From the NCBI RefSeq assembly GCF_009914755.1, contig NC_060932.1: a stretch of DNA of 64,000 nt; one strand, given 5' to 3'. The notes under the pieces are model-generated. The model was not told the origin of the DNA. It ran no database searches and saw nothing but the letters and a program-made list of their open reading frames with translations. Of the stretch, positions 9,128 to 23,858 are shown piece by piece. The position numbers and the translations under genes are program-made. The number at the start of each line of letters is the position of its first letter. Within the stretch, counting starts at the first letter, position 1. Source of the DNA: the human T2T-CHM13v2.0 reference genome, Homo sapiens.

Positions 9128-11854
9128 ATCAAGAAAGAGAGAGTTTGGGTTAAGTCATCATCTTTTTATCACCAAAATCATGGCAGGACATGTTTTTCAT
9201 GACACCAGTGAGGACTGTAATGAGAATACACTCTTTCACTCTCAGTCATTTATTGGAAGAGATATAACTCATTTGGGGAACATACTTGTCTAAGAGAGAT
9301 GGAAGATAATGTGTTAGAATCAGGGGTGCTTTTGAAATCATTCTGGTCATGGGCATAAAACCCCAGTGGAGGAAGAAGATGGTGGTCAGAGGTGGTAGGA
9401 GCCCTTGACGGTTGTAAAAAAGGAACTTGTGCTTCTTCAACCATAAAGCCAGGAAGTGATGAGAGATGTCAAGCTGAATTGCACCCCTTTCAGAAGTGTC
9501 AATCAAGTCCTGGAGACAATGTATCATTATAATTGCCCTATATTTCCTTTCTTCAAAGGGGTACCCATTTGTTAAAAACACGATTATCCTACTTACAGCC
9601 ATTAAAACCCTATGGTTGTTATACACAGTCCAATAGTACTATCAAACATTATTTCCCTGAATCTGTAGAGTTTAGGAGTGTTTTGGGGTACTGCAGAAGA
9701 AGAAAGGGCACCAGCTGTACTGAAGATATTGTAAACCATGGTGAGTTAACCTGTGTAATGGAATTAGGATCAGATGCAAATTTAGGGTCTCCTTTGAAGT
9801 TAAACTGCATTCTTCAAATGGGAATCAGTAGAGATTTAATGAACTAATGCCCTGGTTCGTTTCTAACTCCTCCTCCATTTTTATAGCGATGAATAGGGGA
9901 TTTTATTGGGCATATATGTGGGATTGATGAACAAGAATTTCTGTCATGGCCTTATTCTCCACTCCAAAATTGCCTCTGACATGGCAAAAGTCCATGGTCG
10001 GGAAAATAAGAATACCCTGTGCTGGCATTTCTTTACAGTAATACTTTCTATGAATAATTAATGGCCCAGAAAGGTGAAGGCTTTTTTTTCTGGTTTCCAC
10101 CTACTCATAAAGTTCAGCACCTTATTTCAACTTGGATGGGGAAAGGACAGTAGATTTCCCTGGCTCAATAAGCTCTGAATTCATAAACAAGAAGCAGGTT
10201 CCCTTTCCATTCAATCTCCAATCCTTTATAAAGATAAAGCTGTGGAGATGGTCTTTCAGGATCTTAGATTAGGTAATTTTTCATGTTCTAATAATAAAGT
10301 TATGAGGGAAGCACTGTGATCAAACATAGCTGATGAGAATACACAATTATTTTTATTCTTTTTCTTATCCTCCTCCTTTTCCTTTCTCCTCCTCCTCCTA
10401 CTCTTCCCCCTTCATCTTCGTAGCTCTTAAACACTGTAGACTTTACCACTTATCCTTCAACGACAGAATTCTTTTTGCCTGAGAATAAACATTTGCACAA
10501 TACTAGAGATATTACAATATATAGATTTTGGGGAAAAAAACCCTCAAATCCTATACCCTGAGACTTTTGTTAATTCAATTAATGTATTCATCAATCAACT
10601 GCAAGTCAAAACAACATCAGGGAGTACAATATTGCTTTAGATACATTTGTATTTGTCCAGAATATTTTATTAATATTTGGGATTAAAACACTACTGAATT
10701 GCTAAACCCTAAGGGTCCTGAAAAATTCAATACTGATACGGTAGGCATCAACTTTAGGAAGTCAACATACCTGCATTGCTTCTCCCTTGAAAAATATATT
10801 TCATTAAGATACTGTTCATGTGTTGTCAAATCATGGAATAATTTACATTTCCTGATGAAATTTTCCTGTTTATTCCAGAACTTGGTAGGTATTTCACTTT
10901 ACTTTCCTTCTCTCATTACTGAGATGTCAGTTTCTGCATTGTACAATGGTAAATATTGGGCAATGATGTGAATGTTGGTGTTAGGCTTGGACTGCTAGTG
11001 CTGGAATAGATCTCGGAAGTAGAGCCAAGAAAGATTAGAGGGGAGGATGCCTATAAGATGGGGCAGGATTAGGAGTTTGGTATTAGGCAAGTTGAGTTAT
11101 TAAACAAGCATGTAAAGATGTCAAATAGGCACTTGTTTATATAAGTGTGGGCTAGAGTTACAAAAACAGTATTTTCATCCCAGGAGAGAAGTCTGGGCTG
11201 CAGTTACAAAAGTCATTATCTTGTCAGGGCCACACAATTACACAGGTGTTAATAGTAATGAAGGCCCTCCCATCTTGTCATTGCACCATCTGGAACATTA
11301 TTTAGCCTCTGAGGTAGTGGGGGAAGAGAGAGAAGAAGGGAAACCACATCTTAAATTTGTTACAGTCCCTTTTAAAATGGACGCTTTTCACTTCTGCTTG
11401 GAGTCCATTGGCCAAAATTAATCATATAGCCCTAACCTAACTGAAGGGAAGCTGGGAAATATAGAGAAACACATGGGTTCCTGATGGGTATTAACTGCCA
11501 TCAACTCAGAGAGAGAGGAGAGAATTGCTGGAGTGGTGTACATGAGGAAGCAAGAAATGATGGAATCTAGTGCACAGGTCGTGTGCCTGGTTCTAGATGG
11601 GAGTATTTATATACAACACAGAGCTTTTACAGTAACAGAATTCTGCTGGTAGATGGCTAGGTACGATGGAGGCAATCTGGCATTTTCTTCTGATTGCTTC
11701 ATTTTTCTAAGTGAAGTAGGAAGCAAGGTTATCAACTGAGTGTGACAATGAAAGAGGAGGTATTAGTGATGTAAAACAAGAGGAGCAAGAGTGAAATCGT
11801 CATCTAGGAGAGTGGAGAGTGAAAAGGCCATGATGAAAGTAAGATTGCCTGGTT

Positions 11855-12502
11855 GTGCCAGTTATTAAGCTGTTGTCTCTCAGCCCCCAACTCTCTCCAA
11901 TATTCTTGGCATCATGATGCTGGGGGCAGGGACTGTGTTAACTACATTTCTCCTTTGCTGGCTGCCCCTTGTTAGGAGGCCCTAGAGGGAGATGAGAAGC
12001 CTAGAGGGAGGAAAAGGGGACTTTCTTCTTGTTTTGTTTCCTGCTTGATCCTCTCTCAAACAGTGTCAACCCAGTAATACTTCTTCACCCTGGCAGCAGC
12101 ACTTCATTCTCTTTTCCTGCAGTATTTCCAGTTTGCAGTTTACCCCAAACTCAAAGAACCAGCCTCATCACATCCCCTCAGAGAAAAGTACCAAGTTACT
12201 GTACTCTTTCCTTAGAGGTCTAGATCCCAGCTCCACTGTAGCTTCCCCCAGGCTAAGATATCAGCATTAATTAATCAGTGTCTCGTCCTCAGAGGACAGT
12301 GTTTTAGCTTGGGGTTTACTCCTCCAAGCTTCTGGGTTCTATTAATTCCCTAAGCCCTAGGAGGGTTAACTGCTTTATGCAATTCTACTTCTGTTATTTT
12401 TTATTCTCTTTTTGCTTTCCACTTCTTCAATATCTGGCTAAATTTTACATATAAAATAATATAAAATAATTGTTGTGATCTCATTGGACCATGTTTGATA
12501 CA
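11855..12502. mobile_element. ERVL LTR (LTR33-like)
   Basis: TG...CA termini (tgtgccagtt...tttgataca) and actacatttctcctttgctggctg motif. Confidence 0.5.
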
Positions 12503-13608
12503 GTGGCTGGCTGAGCACCAGCAACCTAGTCAACCTATCTGTCTCAGTTTTTTACCCAGTGAAGGAATGAAAACTACCCATTTTAGAGTAGTTGTGAGGA
12601 TTAAATGAGAAGCTGCATGTAAAACACTTAATGCAATTCACTGCTCATAGTAAGTTCTCAATAAATTCTAGTTATCATTTTTTGAGAATCCACTCAGATG
12701 GCCCTTAGTCCAGAAAGCTTTTCCTAATATTCTACCCGATGCCAATCATTCCATCTTCAGTGCTGCCTTTCAAGCAATCACCTTTTTGTGTTCTTGCTTT
12801 TGTCACTTTGTGTCTTGTCTGTTGTGTTTTTCTATGTTCCCCTCCTTAAAGTATTTCTATTTATCTCTGAATAATAACACCTAGCACCGGTCCCAGCACA
12901 GAGTAGTATTATTACATTATCTGCAGGAACACACCTTCATCTAGCAGACCTCAATAGATATCAGTAAGATAATGAAGCATTTTAATTCTTTCAGATGTTT
13001 CATTTTAAACACCAGACATCTATGTCTAACCTCTAGCCTTATATTCACTCAGCCTCTGCTTCTAATCCAGTACATCTTCTTTCTAGCTGCATGGTTTTGG
13101 CCACATTGTGAAGCAGGATTCAGTTTCCTTACAATAAAATGGGGAAAACGACACCTATATCACAAGGTTGTTGTAATCATTAGATAACTAATGTGCTTCT
13201 CTCAGCACAATGGCTGGTATATAATGTGAACTGAGAGCATTAAAATTTCTTTTTCTCTGAACTAAATCCCTGCTTTTAAAACCTCACTGATGGTGTCATA
13301 GAAGGCATGTGTTCTTTACTTAAAAAGAAAGATTGATGGACTATTTGAAGAACCAAGTGATCAAAATATGCCATAAAAATTGTTCTGGTGTATATCAAAG
13401 GACCTTTAAAATTAGATTCATTTTATTGGATATACAACTATTTTAAGGAATTGGTAGAAATAAGTAGGAGGTGAAAAGATAGAAGGTAAAAAGGAGTTTT
13501 TGGTTTTTTTTAAAAAAGCAGGTAGGTGGAACAGTTATAATGCAAATGTGTAGGGTCTGGCAATATTTAGAAGGTGTTAATAATAAATCACCTTCAGAGA
13601 TCATACTT

Positions 13609-14471
13609 AAAAAGTGGGTGAAGGATATATACAGACACTTCTCAAAAGAAGACATTTATGCAGCCAACAGACACATGAAAAAATGCTCATCATCACTGGC
13701 CATCAGAGAAATGCAAATCAAAACCACAATGAGATACCATCTCACACCAGTTAGAATGGTGATCATTAAAAAATCAGGAAACAACAGGTGTTGGAGAGGA
13801 TGTGGAGAAATAGGAACACTTTTACACTGTTGGTGGGACTATAAACTAGTTCAACCATTGTGGAAGTCGATGTGGTGATTCCTCAGGGATCTACAACTAG
13901 AAATACCATTTGACCCAGCCATCCCATTACTGGGTATATACCCAAAGGATTATAAATCATGCTGCTATAAAGACACATGCACACGTATGTTTACTGGGGC
14001 ACTATTCACAATAGCAAAGACTTGGAACCAACCCAAGTGTCCAACAATGATAGACTGGATTAAGAAAATGTGGCACATATACACCATGGAATACTATGCA
14101 GCCATAAAAAATGATGAGTTCATGTCCTTTGTAGGGACATGGATGAAGCTGGAAACCACCATTCTCAGCAAACTATCGCAAGGACAAAAAACCAAACACC
14201 GCATATTCTCACTCATAGGTGGGAATTGCACAATGAGAACACATGGACACAGGAAGGGGAACATCACACACCGGGGACTGTTGTGGGGTGGGGGGACGGG
14301 GGAGGGATAGCATTAGGAGATATACCTAAAGCTAAATGATGAGTTAATGGGTACAGTACACCAACATGGCACATGTATACATATGTAACAAACCTGCACG
14401 TTGTGCACATGTATCCTAAAACTTGTATAATAATAATAATAATCAGTCAAACAAACAAACAAACAAACAAA
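13609..14471 (+). mobile_element. 5'-truncated L1PA4/5, inserted in a MIR
   Basis: ORF2 C-terminal peptides ([16 protein letters not shown]...; [15 protein letters not shown]), G-rich 3'UTR, (AAT)n/(AAAC)n tail. TT/AAAAAGTG site with imperfect TSD AAGAAGTG at 14472-14479. Confidence 0.93.
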
Positions 14472-14819
14472 AAGAAGTGCTTAGTGTGGTACTTGGTATG
14501 GTAGGGCATTATACCAGATAGTGAGCTAAGCATAAATTTCTTCCCTATCACTCACAGAAATAGAATAGATAGGGGGAATGGGGACATGAGAAGGAGAGTG
14601 AGGTGGGGTGAAGGGTCAGGAGTTGGGGGTAAAGAAATAAAATTGATTCACAAGTTACTTGGATGAAAGATATTAAAATAATGTGATGAAAGTGAAATAA
14701 TATATGGTTGTTTCTTTCTGTAGCTGGAAAAGTCAAGTAGAAATTGTGGTATTTGAAATATTGATGCCAATGGAAGCAGAATTTAACTCTCCCCAAAACT
14801 ACCTTTGCTTTTTCTTTCA

Positions 14820-15270
14820 TTTTTTTATTTAATTAGCATTTAATGGGTGACTATTTTGTGCCAGGCCTTGTGGTGAACATGGGGATCCTGGTGATAATGA
14901 CACATTATAGTGGGAGATATGGACAAAAAACAAAGACCAAAATAAGACATTTTCAGATAGTGATAGGTAGTAAGACAGAAATAAAACCAATGGATATGGT
15001 AATAATTAGGAGAGGGCTACAGCGAGGCAGCTATATCTACATGACCTTTATGAAGAGGTGACATTTGGGCTGAGCCAGCCATGCAAAGTGGAGGAGGAAA
15101 AGGAAAGATAGCTTGGACAGAGGCCCCAGGTAGGAAGAACCTGGCAGCCTTGAGAAAAAGAAAGGAAGCAGATGTACTGAGTGTAGTGAACAAGGCTGGG
15201 GGAAGAGGGGTGATCTGGGCTGGACTGGGCAAAAGCCCTGTAGGCCATGAGAAGGAGCTAGAATTTTATG
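14820..15270. mobile_element. L2 relic
   Basis: gactattttgtgccaggccttgtg...gaggtgacatttgggctgag...gccctgtaggccatgagaaggagctagaattttat. Confidence 0.65.
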
Positions 15271-18200
15271 GTAAGTACAAAGCTCTCAACTGAATGGAAG
15301 AAGAACCACAGAAAGCTTGCATGCTGCAATTCTTTAGTTAGGTTTGTATTATTTTGGCAAAATACATTTTCTACCAAATTTGTCAAAGATGTACCAAGTA
15401 CCCCAAAATCCCTTGTAAAGAAGTGTTTCACATATTTATTTATTTGTTATTTAATATATATTATCCACATACACACACTGCAAAGCACTAAACAGGGAAA
15501 TATAACCCACAGTCAGTACAGGAGAATCATCAGGTGGAGAGGTGGGAGGCTGGAGAATTAGTCCATCCCATCTCCATGCTCTTGAGACACATCTCTTCCT
15601 GGGAGTCTTTCTGCTATCTGCTATCACCAACATGTAAATAAGATTATAATAAATTAGAACCATATATATATATATATTTTTTTTTAGACATGGCTTCCTT
15701 CTCTGGGTCTGCATGAGCTGTCCCTTTTCTTCATGCGGCCACCAAGAAATAGCCATGGCACCCAGACAGTCTCCACTATTGATCTCCAGGCCCATATCCT
15801 ATCTACACCTGTCTTGGAACAAACTTGGCCTTCTTCCACAGAAGGCATTTCAAATATTGATGTATTTGGTACTTGGTATTGACCAAGTACTTAGGTGAAA
15901 CGCTTATTTACAAAACTTGTTTTTTAAAAAATTAAATTCTGAAAATATATATAACACACAGGTTTAGGAACTAGATTTCTCAGTATGGAGCCACCTGGCC
16001 TGATTTTATTCTGTAGTCTCACCTATTACCAGTTTTCCCAAATATCCTATAATGTAACAGTCTGAGCTGCTCATCTTTTCACAAGTAGGCTGTATTTGTT
16101 CATGACTCTGTGCCTGTGCTCATTTTCCCTTACTTAAATACCCTCCCTTCTCTTCCTTTCTCTTCTCTGCCTTGAAACTGTTACTTATCCTTTAAAGCCC
16201 TGCCAAAGATCAACCCTTTCTGAAGCTTCACTGACTTCCACTCTCGGAAAAGTTTATTCTTCTCTCTTCTTTGCTTATTGAACACTTTGTAGGGACTTAT
16301 CACATTACACAAAAATATTTACAATTTTTGACTTCTCCAAGTAGACTTTAAATTCTACAAAAACAGTGATCTTTATCTTATTTAATGTTTTCTCTTCCTC
16401 CACAACCCATTATGTTGCCTACTATCTAAGTAATCACTGGACAATTAATTGAATAAATAATTATGCAATATGTCAACTTTTAAAATTAGGAGTGGATTCA
16501 GTGATCCCGGATTAGCCCTTAAGGAAGTGAAGCATCAGGAGCAGCTGAGAATATGTAATAGGGAGTGTAGCAGGATAGGTGTCAACATGGCCAATTCTGT
16601 CACTGTAAATTGCTCACAACTGACTCTAGGAGCTCTGCTTCCCCATGGATATAACAGGAATAAGAATCCTGATCCTTCTTACTTCCTTCAATTGTTACGG
16701 AGATCAAATGAGATACCATAGGCAAAAGCCCTTTGTGAACTATCATATAATCAACAGTTAGTATCATTATTAACTAAAATGATTTCTGTGGCAATATATT
16801 GTAGATATTTTACAATATATTTACCTCTTTTCATGGGACTACAGATATTCCTCCTTTCCTCCTCTCCTCTCCAACTTCCAACATGTCTAGAACACACACA
16901 TTCATATCTACATTGACTATTTGCTTGTCTGGTTGTGCAGAATTGCTTATTGAGGCCTTCCTGTAATACTACCCGATCATGAAGTTTGGAAATAAATACC
17001 AGTGGAGCTAAAGTTGCAAATAAAAACCCATGGAAGCTGAGGAATGGTTCTTTTGGTTGTACTGTCTGTAGCAGACAATGGACCAAGCACCTTCCATGTG
17101 CCTGTCACTGTATCTGGGGAAGTAAAGATAATTCCATGAAAAATGAGGCAGAGGGTCTGATCTGAAATTTCCCTCAGCATTGTAGGTGAAATGGGTCAAA
17201 TTTATAAGATAGGGTTTTAAAAAGAAGGTCTTGCTTAATTCTCTGTGGGAAAGTGGATACCCTTAGACTTTCCTGAATACCATTTGTCTGGGCTGAAGCA
17301 AGTAATGAAGTAAAGAAAGCAATTACAGGGTGCATTTTGTGACTTAGAACTGAACCCTGTCACTAATCAACCTGTTGGAGGAGACAGCTTCTGTACTAAT
17401 GTTATGTCCAGAATTCAGAACACCCTTGGCCTTGAAGCAATTTTTGGAAGGTTAGGAGGTCAAGGACTGGGCAATTCTAGAAGCAATGCTTGGCCCTTTT
17501 TCTAAAAAGAAAGGGAATTTGGCATTTTTTCCGGTAGAATTATTACTGGACTGGCAAGGCCTTAAGTCCCCAACTGTGTTCAGGGCTCTTAAAGTGAGGG
17601 TTTGGCAGTGGTGTTTATTCAAATTAGGGTTTTACTTTAAGGGGAAGGTCTCTGTTTTCCAGGGGATCAACCTAGCCGACAGAAGTGAGATGAGGCAGAA
17701 GAAAAGAGCAGCTTGATTGATGTGGGTGCCTATACATCACATGCCTCTTTAGGAGAAATTAGCATCTTAGATGGGAGGGCTTGGAGAATGTTAATGTTAA
17801 GTTGATTAGAAGCCAAATAACTTAGTTTAGTCAGAGGCCCCACAGATTTCCTGGGAGCCCTGGTTGCACTGGTCCAGATGGTCTTTTTTGGCTGTGCTGT
17901 TCTCAGCCACACATCCAGCCAGCTCCAGGTTTCCTTCTCCACTCAGAGTGGGAGAGGCTGCCCCTACCTCCTGTGTTACCACAAATGCTGCATTCTCTCA
18001 GTGCTCAGTGAATACTAAATAATCAAAATGGCAATAAATCCTGAGCTTGGCACATCCCTTTAGAAGTCTTGGACAGGAGACGGGTAATGCTTAACTGGCT
18101 GTTGGAGGGAAAAATAGGGTCAACCTTTTCTCATTATAAATGATAATTATAATTGCAATATAAACATAATATCAATAATAATGATAGCAGTGCTTGGCAA

Positions 18201-19149
18201 GATGTCAGGCACTGGGCTGAGAAATTAAATTCATAACTTATTTAACTCTCAGTAAAACAATGATGTATGTATGATAACCTTCATGTTACAGATGGAAAAT
18301 AGTTCAGAGAGTTTAAGTGACTTGCCCAAATCTAATACACAGTAGAACTAAGATTCAAATTCTGATTTGTGTCGTTCCAAATCATGTGCTCTAGAACTTT
18401 ATTCTATACTCCTCCTCTAGTCTATTTTCTATTGTGGCTACATGAATATATGAATAACTTTGGATGGCAAGACTGGGCCTTCAACTTCCTCATTTGGCAC
18501 CAAAGGGCAAAATTTCTAAGAAGTAGTAGAAGGTGAGGTGAAGACTTGTGGCTGGAGTGAACAGACTAATAATAAAGGGAAAATCACACTATGCTTTTTG
18601 CATTCTGTCTCTTAAACCCACTACCCCAAGGCATAGTGCATTTTGCCTCATCAGAGAAAGACAATTATACTACTAATAATGGTGATTATAATGGCCACAA
18701 AACTTCAGAGAAAATGTTCCCAGTTGTTGAATAATAATAAAAATATTACCAAGATTTGTTAGCTATAGAATTGTAAATGCAGCCCCCATATATGATGACC
18801 TGGAAGCATCAAATGGCTTAAGAAACTTACTGGCATTAAATGTGCCCCAATTTATTCTACTTAAATGAGAATCTAGGATTTGTGCATGCCCTTAGCTATT
18901 GTTGAAATAGAAACTGAAATGGCTTTATTTGAGAATGTCAACATCTTTCACATTCTCTTTTTGGTTATCAGGAAAAACAAGTAGACTAGGAAAATTAAAA
19001 CATTTATGCTCTATTTTCAGTCACTCTAGGAGATGGATGTAATATTGATTCCAGTATATGCATAAGGCTTTCACCATTAGCTAGTATTGAGCAGAAGATG
19101 CATGTGAAAAAATGAAGCATAGAGAGAGGACCAGTAGGACACAAAAAGC

Positions 19150-19483
19150 AGATCTAAGACTTGTACTTGTAGCCAAAATGGAGTAACAGAGACTTACCTT
19201 CATGTCGAACAAATAAAACGTGGACAAAATCAATGAAGGGATGGCCCTCAAGACATTGAATGTCAGTCAATGAAGGACAGTTATTTCCAGGAGTCAGGTA
19301 ACAAAATAGTGAGCCCAATAATTTCCCTAGTTTATTGTGTTGAAAAAGTGTCCAGACTGTGTCACAGGGCAGGGAACTGCAGACAGTCTGGCAGTCTTCC
19401 TGAGTGGGAGAGATAGAGCTAAGAGTCTGAGGATGCCCGAGTGGGTAGAGTTCACAGGACATAGTACTAGAGGTGAGAGAGAT

Positions 19484-19531
<48 letters not shown>

Positions 19532-22500
19532 AGAGATCTTCAGGAAGACTTCCTCAAGTCCTCAGCTGAGGAGTGATCAGTGTCTGTCAGTGGGAACACT
19601 AATTAAGTCTGGAAAGGACCGACTGAAAGAATAAAAGGGAATCATTCATAACTCAAACAAGGCTGAAATAGTGCCTGTTCCCAACACTCAGATTGGAAAA
19701 CTTCATAAGTTAGGAGGCTTTAGTTAGAGTAGTAAAAATGGGTCTTTATTCAATAGCAAAGAAAATCAACCCTAGACTAAATAGTGCTCAGCTAAACAAA
19801 GCTAAAAAATAAGGCCCAAAAGGATGAAATTCTTTTAAAGTAGCCTAATTAGTAAAGGAGATTAAAACAGCTATTATGAGTGTATTCCATAAACTTGAGG
19901 AGCTAGATTGGGCATGAAAAGCAGAAACAAGAAAGATTTATAAAAAGACGAAAATCAAACTTGTAGAGATGAAAACCATGTCTAAAATGAAAAATACATT
20001 GGATGAGATTATCAGCTGAACAGACATTGCAAATAAAAAGTGGTGTATTTGAAGATATAGCAATAGAAACTATCTAAAATGAAACAGAGAGAAAAAACAC
20101 TGGAAAAAAAAGAAATTGAGCACTATTACACTGTAGGGCAACCTTAAGTGGTCAAATGTGTGTGTAACTGGAGCCCTTAAAGGAGATAATTGGGGTGATG
20201 AGGCACACGGAATGTTTGTGAACATACCAGCCAAAAAATTTTTCAAACAATGAACCCCCAGGTCCAAGAAGCTCAACAAATGCCAATCACAAAATATGAA
20301 GAAAACTATAAGAAAACTTATCACTATCAAATTGTTTAACCCAATGATAAAGAAAAAAAAATCTTAAAAGTATCAAGAGAAAATATGCATTGCCCAAAGA
20401 GGAACAAAAACAAGAGTAATATTATATTTCTCATTTGAAACAATGCAAGCTAGAAAACATTAGGAAAACATTTTTAATGTAATGAAAAAAAGTTTTGTCA
20501 GCCTATACTTCTTTACCCAGTGATAATATCTTTTTAAAAAGACAAAATAAAACATTTCAAATATAATAAAGCTGAAATAATCCATCACAAGTAGACCAGC
20601 ACTACGAGACATATATTTTTAAAAGCTCTTCATTCAGGAGAAAAATAATATGAGACAAAAATGTTGAGCTCTACAAGGTAATGAAGCACACTGAAAATGG
20701 TAGTTACAAAATTAAAAAGCAGACATTTCTTCTTATTAATTCCTTTTGAAAGACAGTTGACTTTTGAAACAAAATTATATATGGAGTTTATACAATATGT
20801 AGAAGTAAACAAAGGGCAACAATAGCCGAAATATCAGAATAGAAGAATAGCAGTAAATTGCTGCAGTATGTTTATATTACATGTGATGGGGAAGACTATC
20901 ACTTGAAGATAGACTGTGATAAGTTAAAGATGTATAGCATAAGTCCTAGCAACCCATAAAATAATACAACATAGAGCTGTAGCTAATACATCAACAAGTG
21001 ATGAAATTAAATCATTAAAAAATATTCATTTAACCCAAATGAAGGCAAAAAAATGGACAAGAGGACACAAAGAACATATAGAACAATAAACAAGATGATG
21101 GATTTAAATGTAATCAAATCCAAATCACATGAAATATAAATGGCCTAAAGACTCAATTTAGAAGGTAAAAATTATCACACTGGATATAAAAGACCCAACT
21201 AAATGCTACCTACAAGAAATTCACTTTTTATATAAGTACAGAAATACACAATTATTTAGACTTGTTGTGTAGATATAAATTAACCCAAATATTTAAGAAA
21301 AAGAATTTTAAAAGTTAGAAAGAGGTAAAACTATCACTATTTCCAGATGATAATGATTATGTATATACCTTGGAAACCAAAGATAATCAACTAAAAACTA
21401 TTAAAAACAATACAAATTTTCAGAAATACATACTGCTATGAAATTATTAAATTAGTATTTTAATATGTTAAAGCAAGAATAAATTATTAGATATGATAAA
21501 AATCATATTAACATAAATAATAGCAAGAAAAGAGATAAAATACCTAGAAAAAAATAAGAAATATGCAAGACATATATGAAGAAAAAGATAAAATATCATA
21601 GGGCATCAAAAACAATTGAAAAATTCGATAGATACTATGACTTGAATAGGAATAGTCTATATCATGAAGAATGTCAAGGTTACCTAAGTTAATTTATAAA
21701 TATAATGCTAACCTGATAAAAGTATCACCATTTCAAAAACCAGATAGACTGTTTCTAGGGTCATATGGCAATATAAGCAAATAAATATATCCAGGAATAG
21801 GAAAAAAAATTAAGTTCTTTTGAGGAATCAGTCTATTAGATTATTAAAACAAAGAATGCATTTTAAGGAGTCAATGAGAAAAGCAGCATGGTGCTGAGAC
21901 AATAATAGGAAGACAATCCAGTGGAATAGAAAAGAAAAATTTGAAAATATTAATGTGAGAATTTATTATATAGATACTAATTCATATTAGTGTGCAACTA
22001 TGTTATGTAAAATGGTGACATTTCAAATTAATAAAAACAATAAGTTTTGATAGACCAAAAAATCAGAAAAAGATTATTGTAAATCTTTCTTACATCTTAC
22101 TCCAGGATATATTTCAAATGGATCAATTACTTACATGTAATAAATAAAAGCATAAATGTTCTAGGAAAAAAAGACAACGGAAATTCTAATTGCCTTGGCA
22201 TAAAACAGACACTTCTATTTATTTCTAATAATCAGAAACTGTATATAAAAATCTCTAAATTTTACTCAATAATATTTTTTAAAATCCTGCATAGCAAAAA
22301 GTAAAAAAAAAAAAAAAGAAAAAAGCCAAGTTGCATTTTCCCTAATTTAAAAAAGTGCTTTTATAACTAAATTATAACCATATTGTAAAACATCAGTATC
22401 CTCATTAAAAGATAAGCAAGGCCTAGGAATAAACACTGAAAATAGTAGACCCTAAAATGGCTCCCAAAACATGAAAACAATGCTCATGGTCACTAATGCA

Positions 22501-22810
22501 GAACTATTAAAAAGACAAGTATCCAAAACTTTGATACCACTCAGTTCCCAAGCTTGTGATCAAATGATCAATTTCATGCATGACTTGCAGAAATGTAAAT
22601 GGATTCCAGCTCTACAGAGATTTTAAACAATATATATCAAAACAGTTCTTTGATAACAATTCTACCTCTGAAATTACATACATATGGGCTGACTCATTGC
22701 AGCATTATTTGTAAACAGTAAGCAATTAAAAAACTCCAATGTCTATCAATATGGAGCAATAAGTAAACTATTCACACACTGGAATAATATACAGCTCTAA
22801 AAAAAGGAAG
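19150..22810 (+). mobile_element. Highly degraded old L1M (5'UTR/ORF1 and ORF2 remnants)
   Basis: A-rich sense strand with L1 ORF1-like (atagcaatagaaactatctaaaatgaaacagagag) and ORF2-like phrases. No intact ORF. Confidence 0.65.
19488..19529 (+). repeat. (AG)~21 microsatellite
   Basis: Direct reading. Confidence 0.97.
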
Positions 22811-22814
22811 AGGG

Positions 22815-23858
22815 GCAAACCAAATCCAGCAACATATGAGAAGGATTATAAACCATGATCAAGTGGAATTTATCCCAGGAATGTAATGTTAGTTTAACAT
22901 CCAAAAGTCAATCTGTATAATGCACCATATTAATACAATTAAGGACACAACTCACATGATCATCTCAATAAACTTTTTTTTATCATGAAAGGGTGTTTGA
23001 TTTTGTGAAATATTTTATCTGTAAATATTTGACAAAATCAAACACCCTTTCTTGATTAAAAATATGTTCAACAAACTAGAAATAGAAGGTAGATTCTTCA
23101 ACCTTATAAATGATATCTAATGAAAACCCCACAGCTAACATCATAGTTAATGGTGAGGGACTGAATGCTTTCTTCTTAAGATTAGGAAAAAGGCAAGAAT
23201 GTTTGCTTTCACCATTTCTAATCAACATTTTACTGTGCATTTTAGCCAGGGAAATCAGGCAAATAAAAAAAATTTAAGATGTCTAGATCAGAAAAGGAGA
23301 ATTACAATTATCTCTCTTTATAAATGGCATGATCTCTCACATATAGAAATCCTAAGAAATCAACTGAAAATTTATTGGAACTAATTAATGAGTTCAATAA
23401 ATTTACTATATATAAGATCAATATACAAAAGTTAACAGTGATTTTATGACTATCAATGAACAATTCAAAAATGAAATTAAGAAACAATTCCATTTGTTAT
23501 AGCATCAAAAAGAATAAAATATTTAGAAATAAAGGAAACAAGGGTAAGACTTATACAATGAAAACTAAAAACACTGTTGATAGCAATTAAAAATCTAAGT
23601 AAATGGAGACAACCCGTAAACATGGACCAGAAGACTTAGTTTTGTTAAGAAAGGCTTATTCTGAGAATTGATTTACAGACTCAATGACATCCCTAACAAC
23701 ATCCACCCTAGCTGTTTTTTTTAAATTTCCAGCCAATGACAAGCCACTGCCAAATTCATATGAAAGTGCAAGAAGCCCAGAATGACCAAAACAATCTTAA
23801 CAGAGAAAAATAAAGTAAGGAGACTCTCACTTCCTAATTTTAAAACTTACTACAAGAC
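22815..23858 (+). mobile_element. L1M (L1MB/MC-age) ORF2 RT-region fragment, host of the young L1
   Basis: accatgatcaagtggaatttatcccaggaatg; aaaacccacagctaacatcata-like; ends at cctaattttaaaacttactacaa. Confidence 0.8.

Larger units (their letters stand above)
5110..9142 (+). other. SLC30A8: SLC30A8 long 3'UTR (~4 kb)
   Basis: Follows the stop codon, mostly unique sequence. Distal AATAAA at 9122-9127 with a G/T-rich downstream tract. Length fits the known ~5.3 kb mRNA. End position approximate. Confidence 0.75.

Noticed and set aside
19337-19576. ORF with ERERER run
   Set aside because: Translation of the (AG)n microsatellite.
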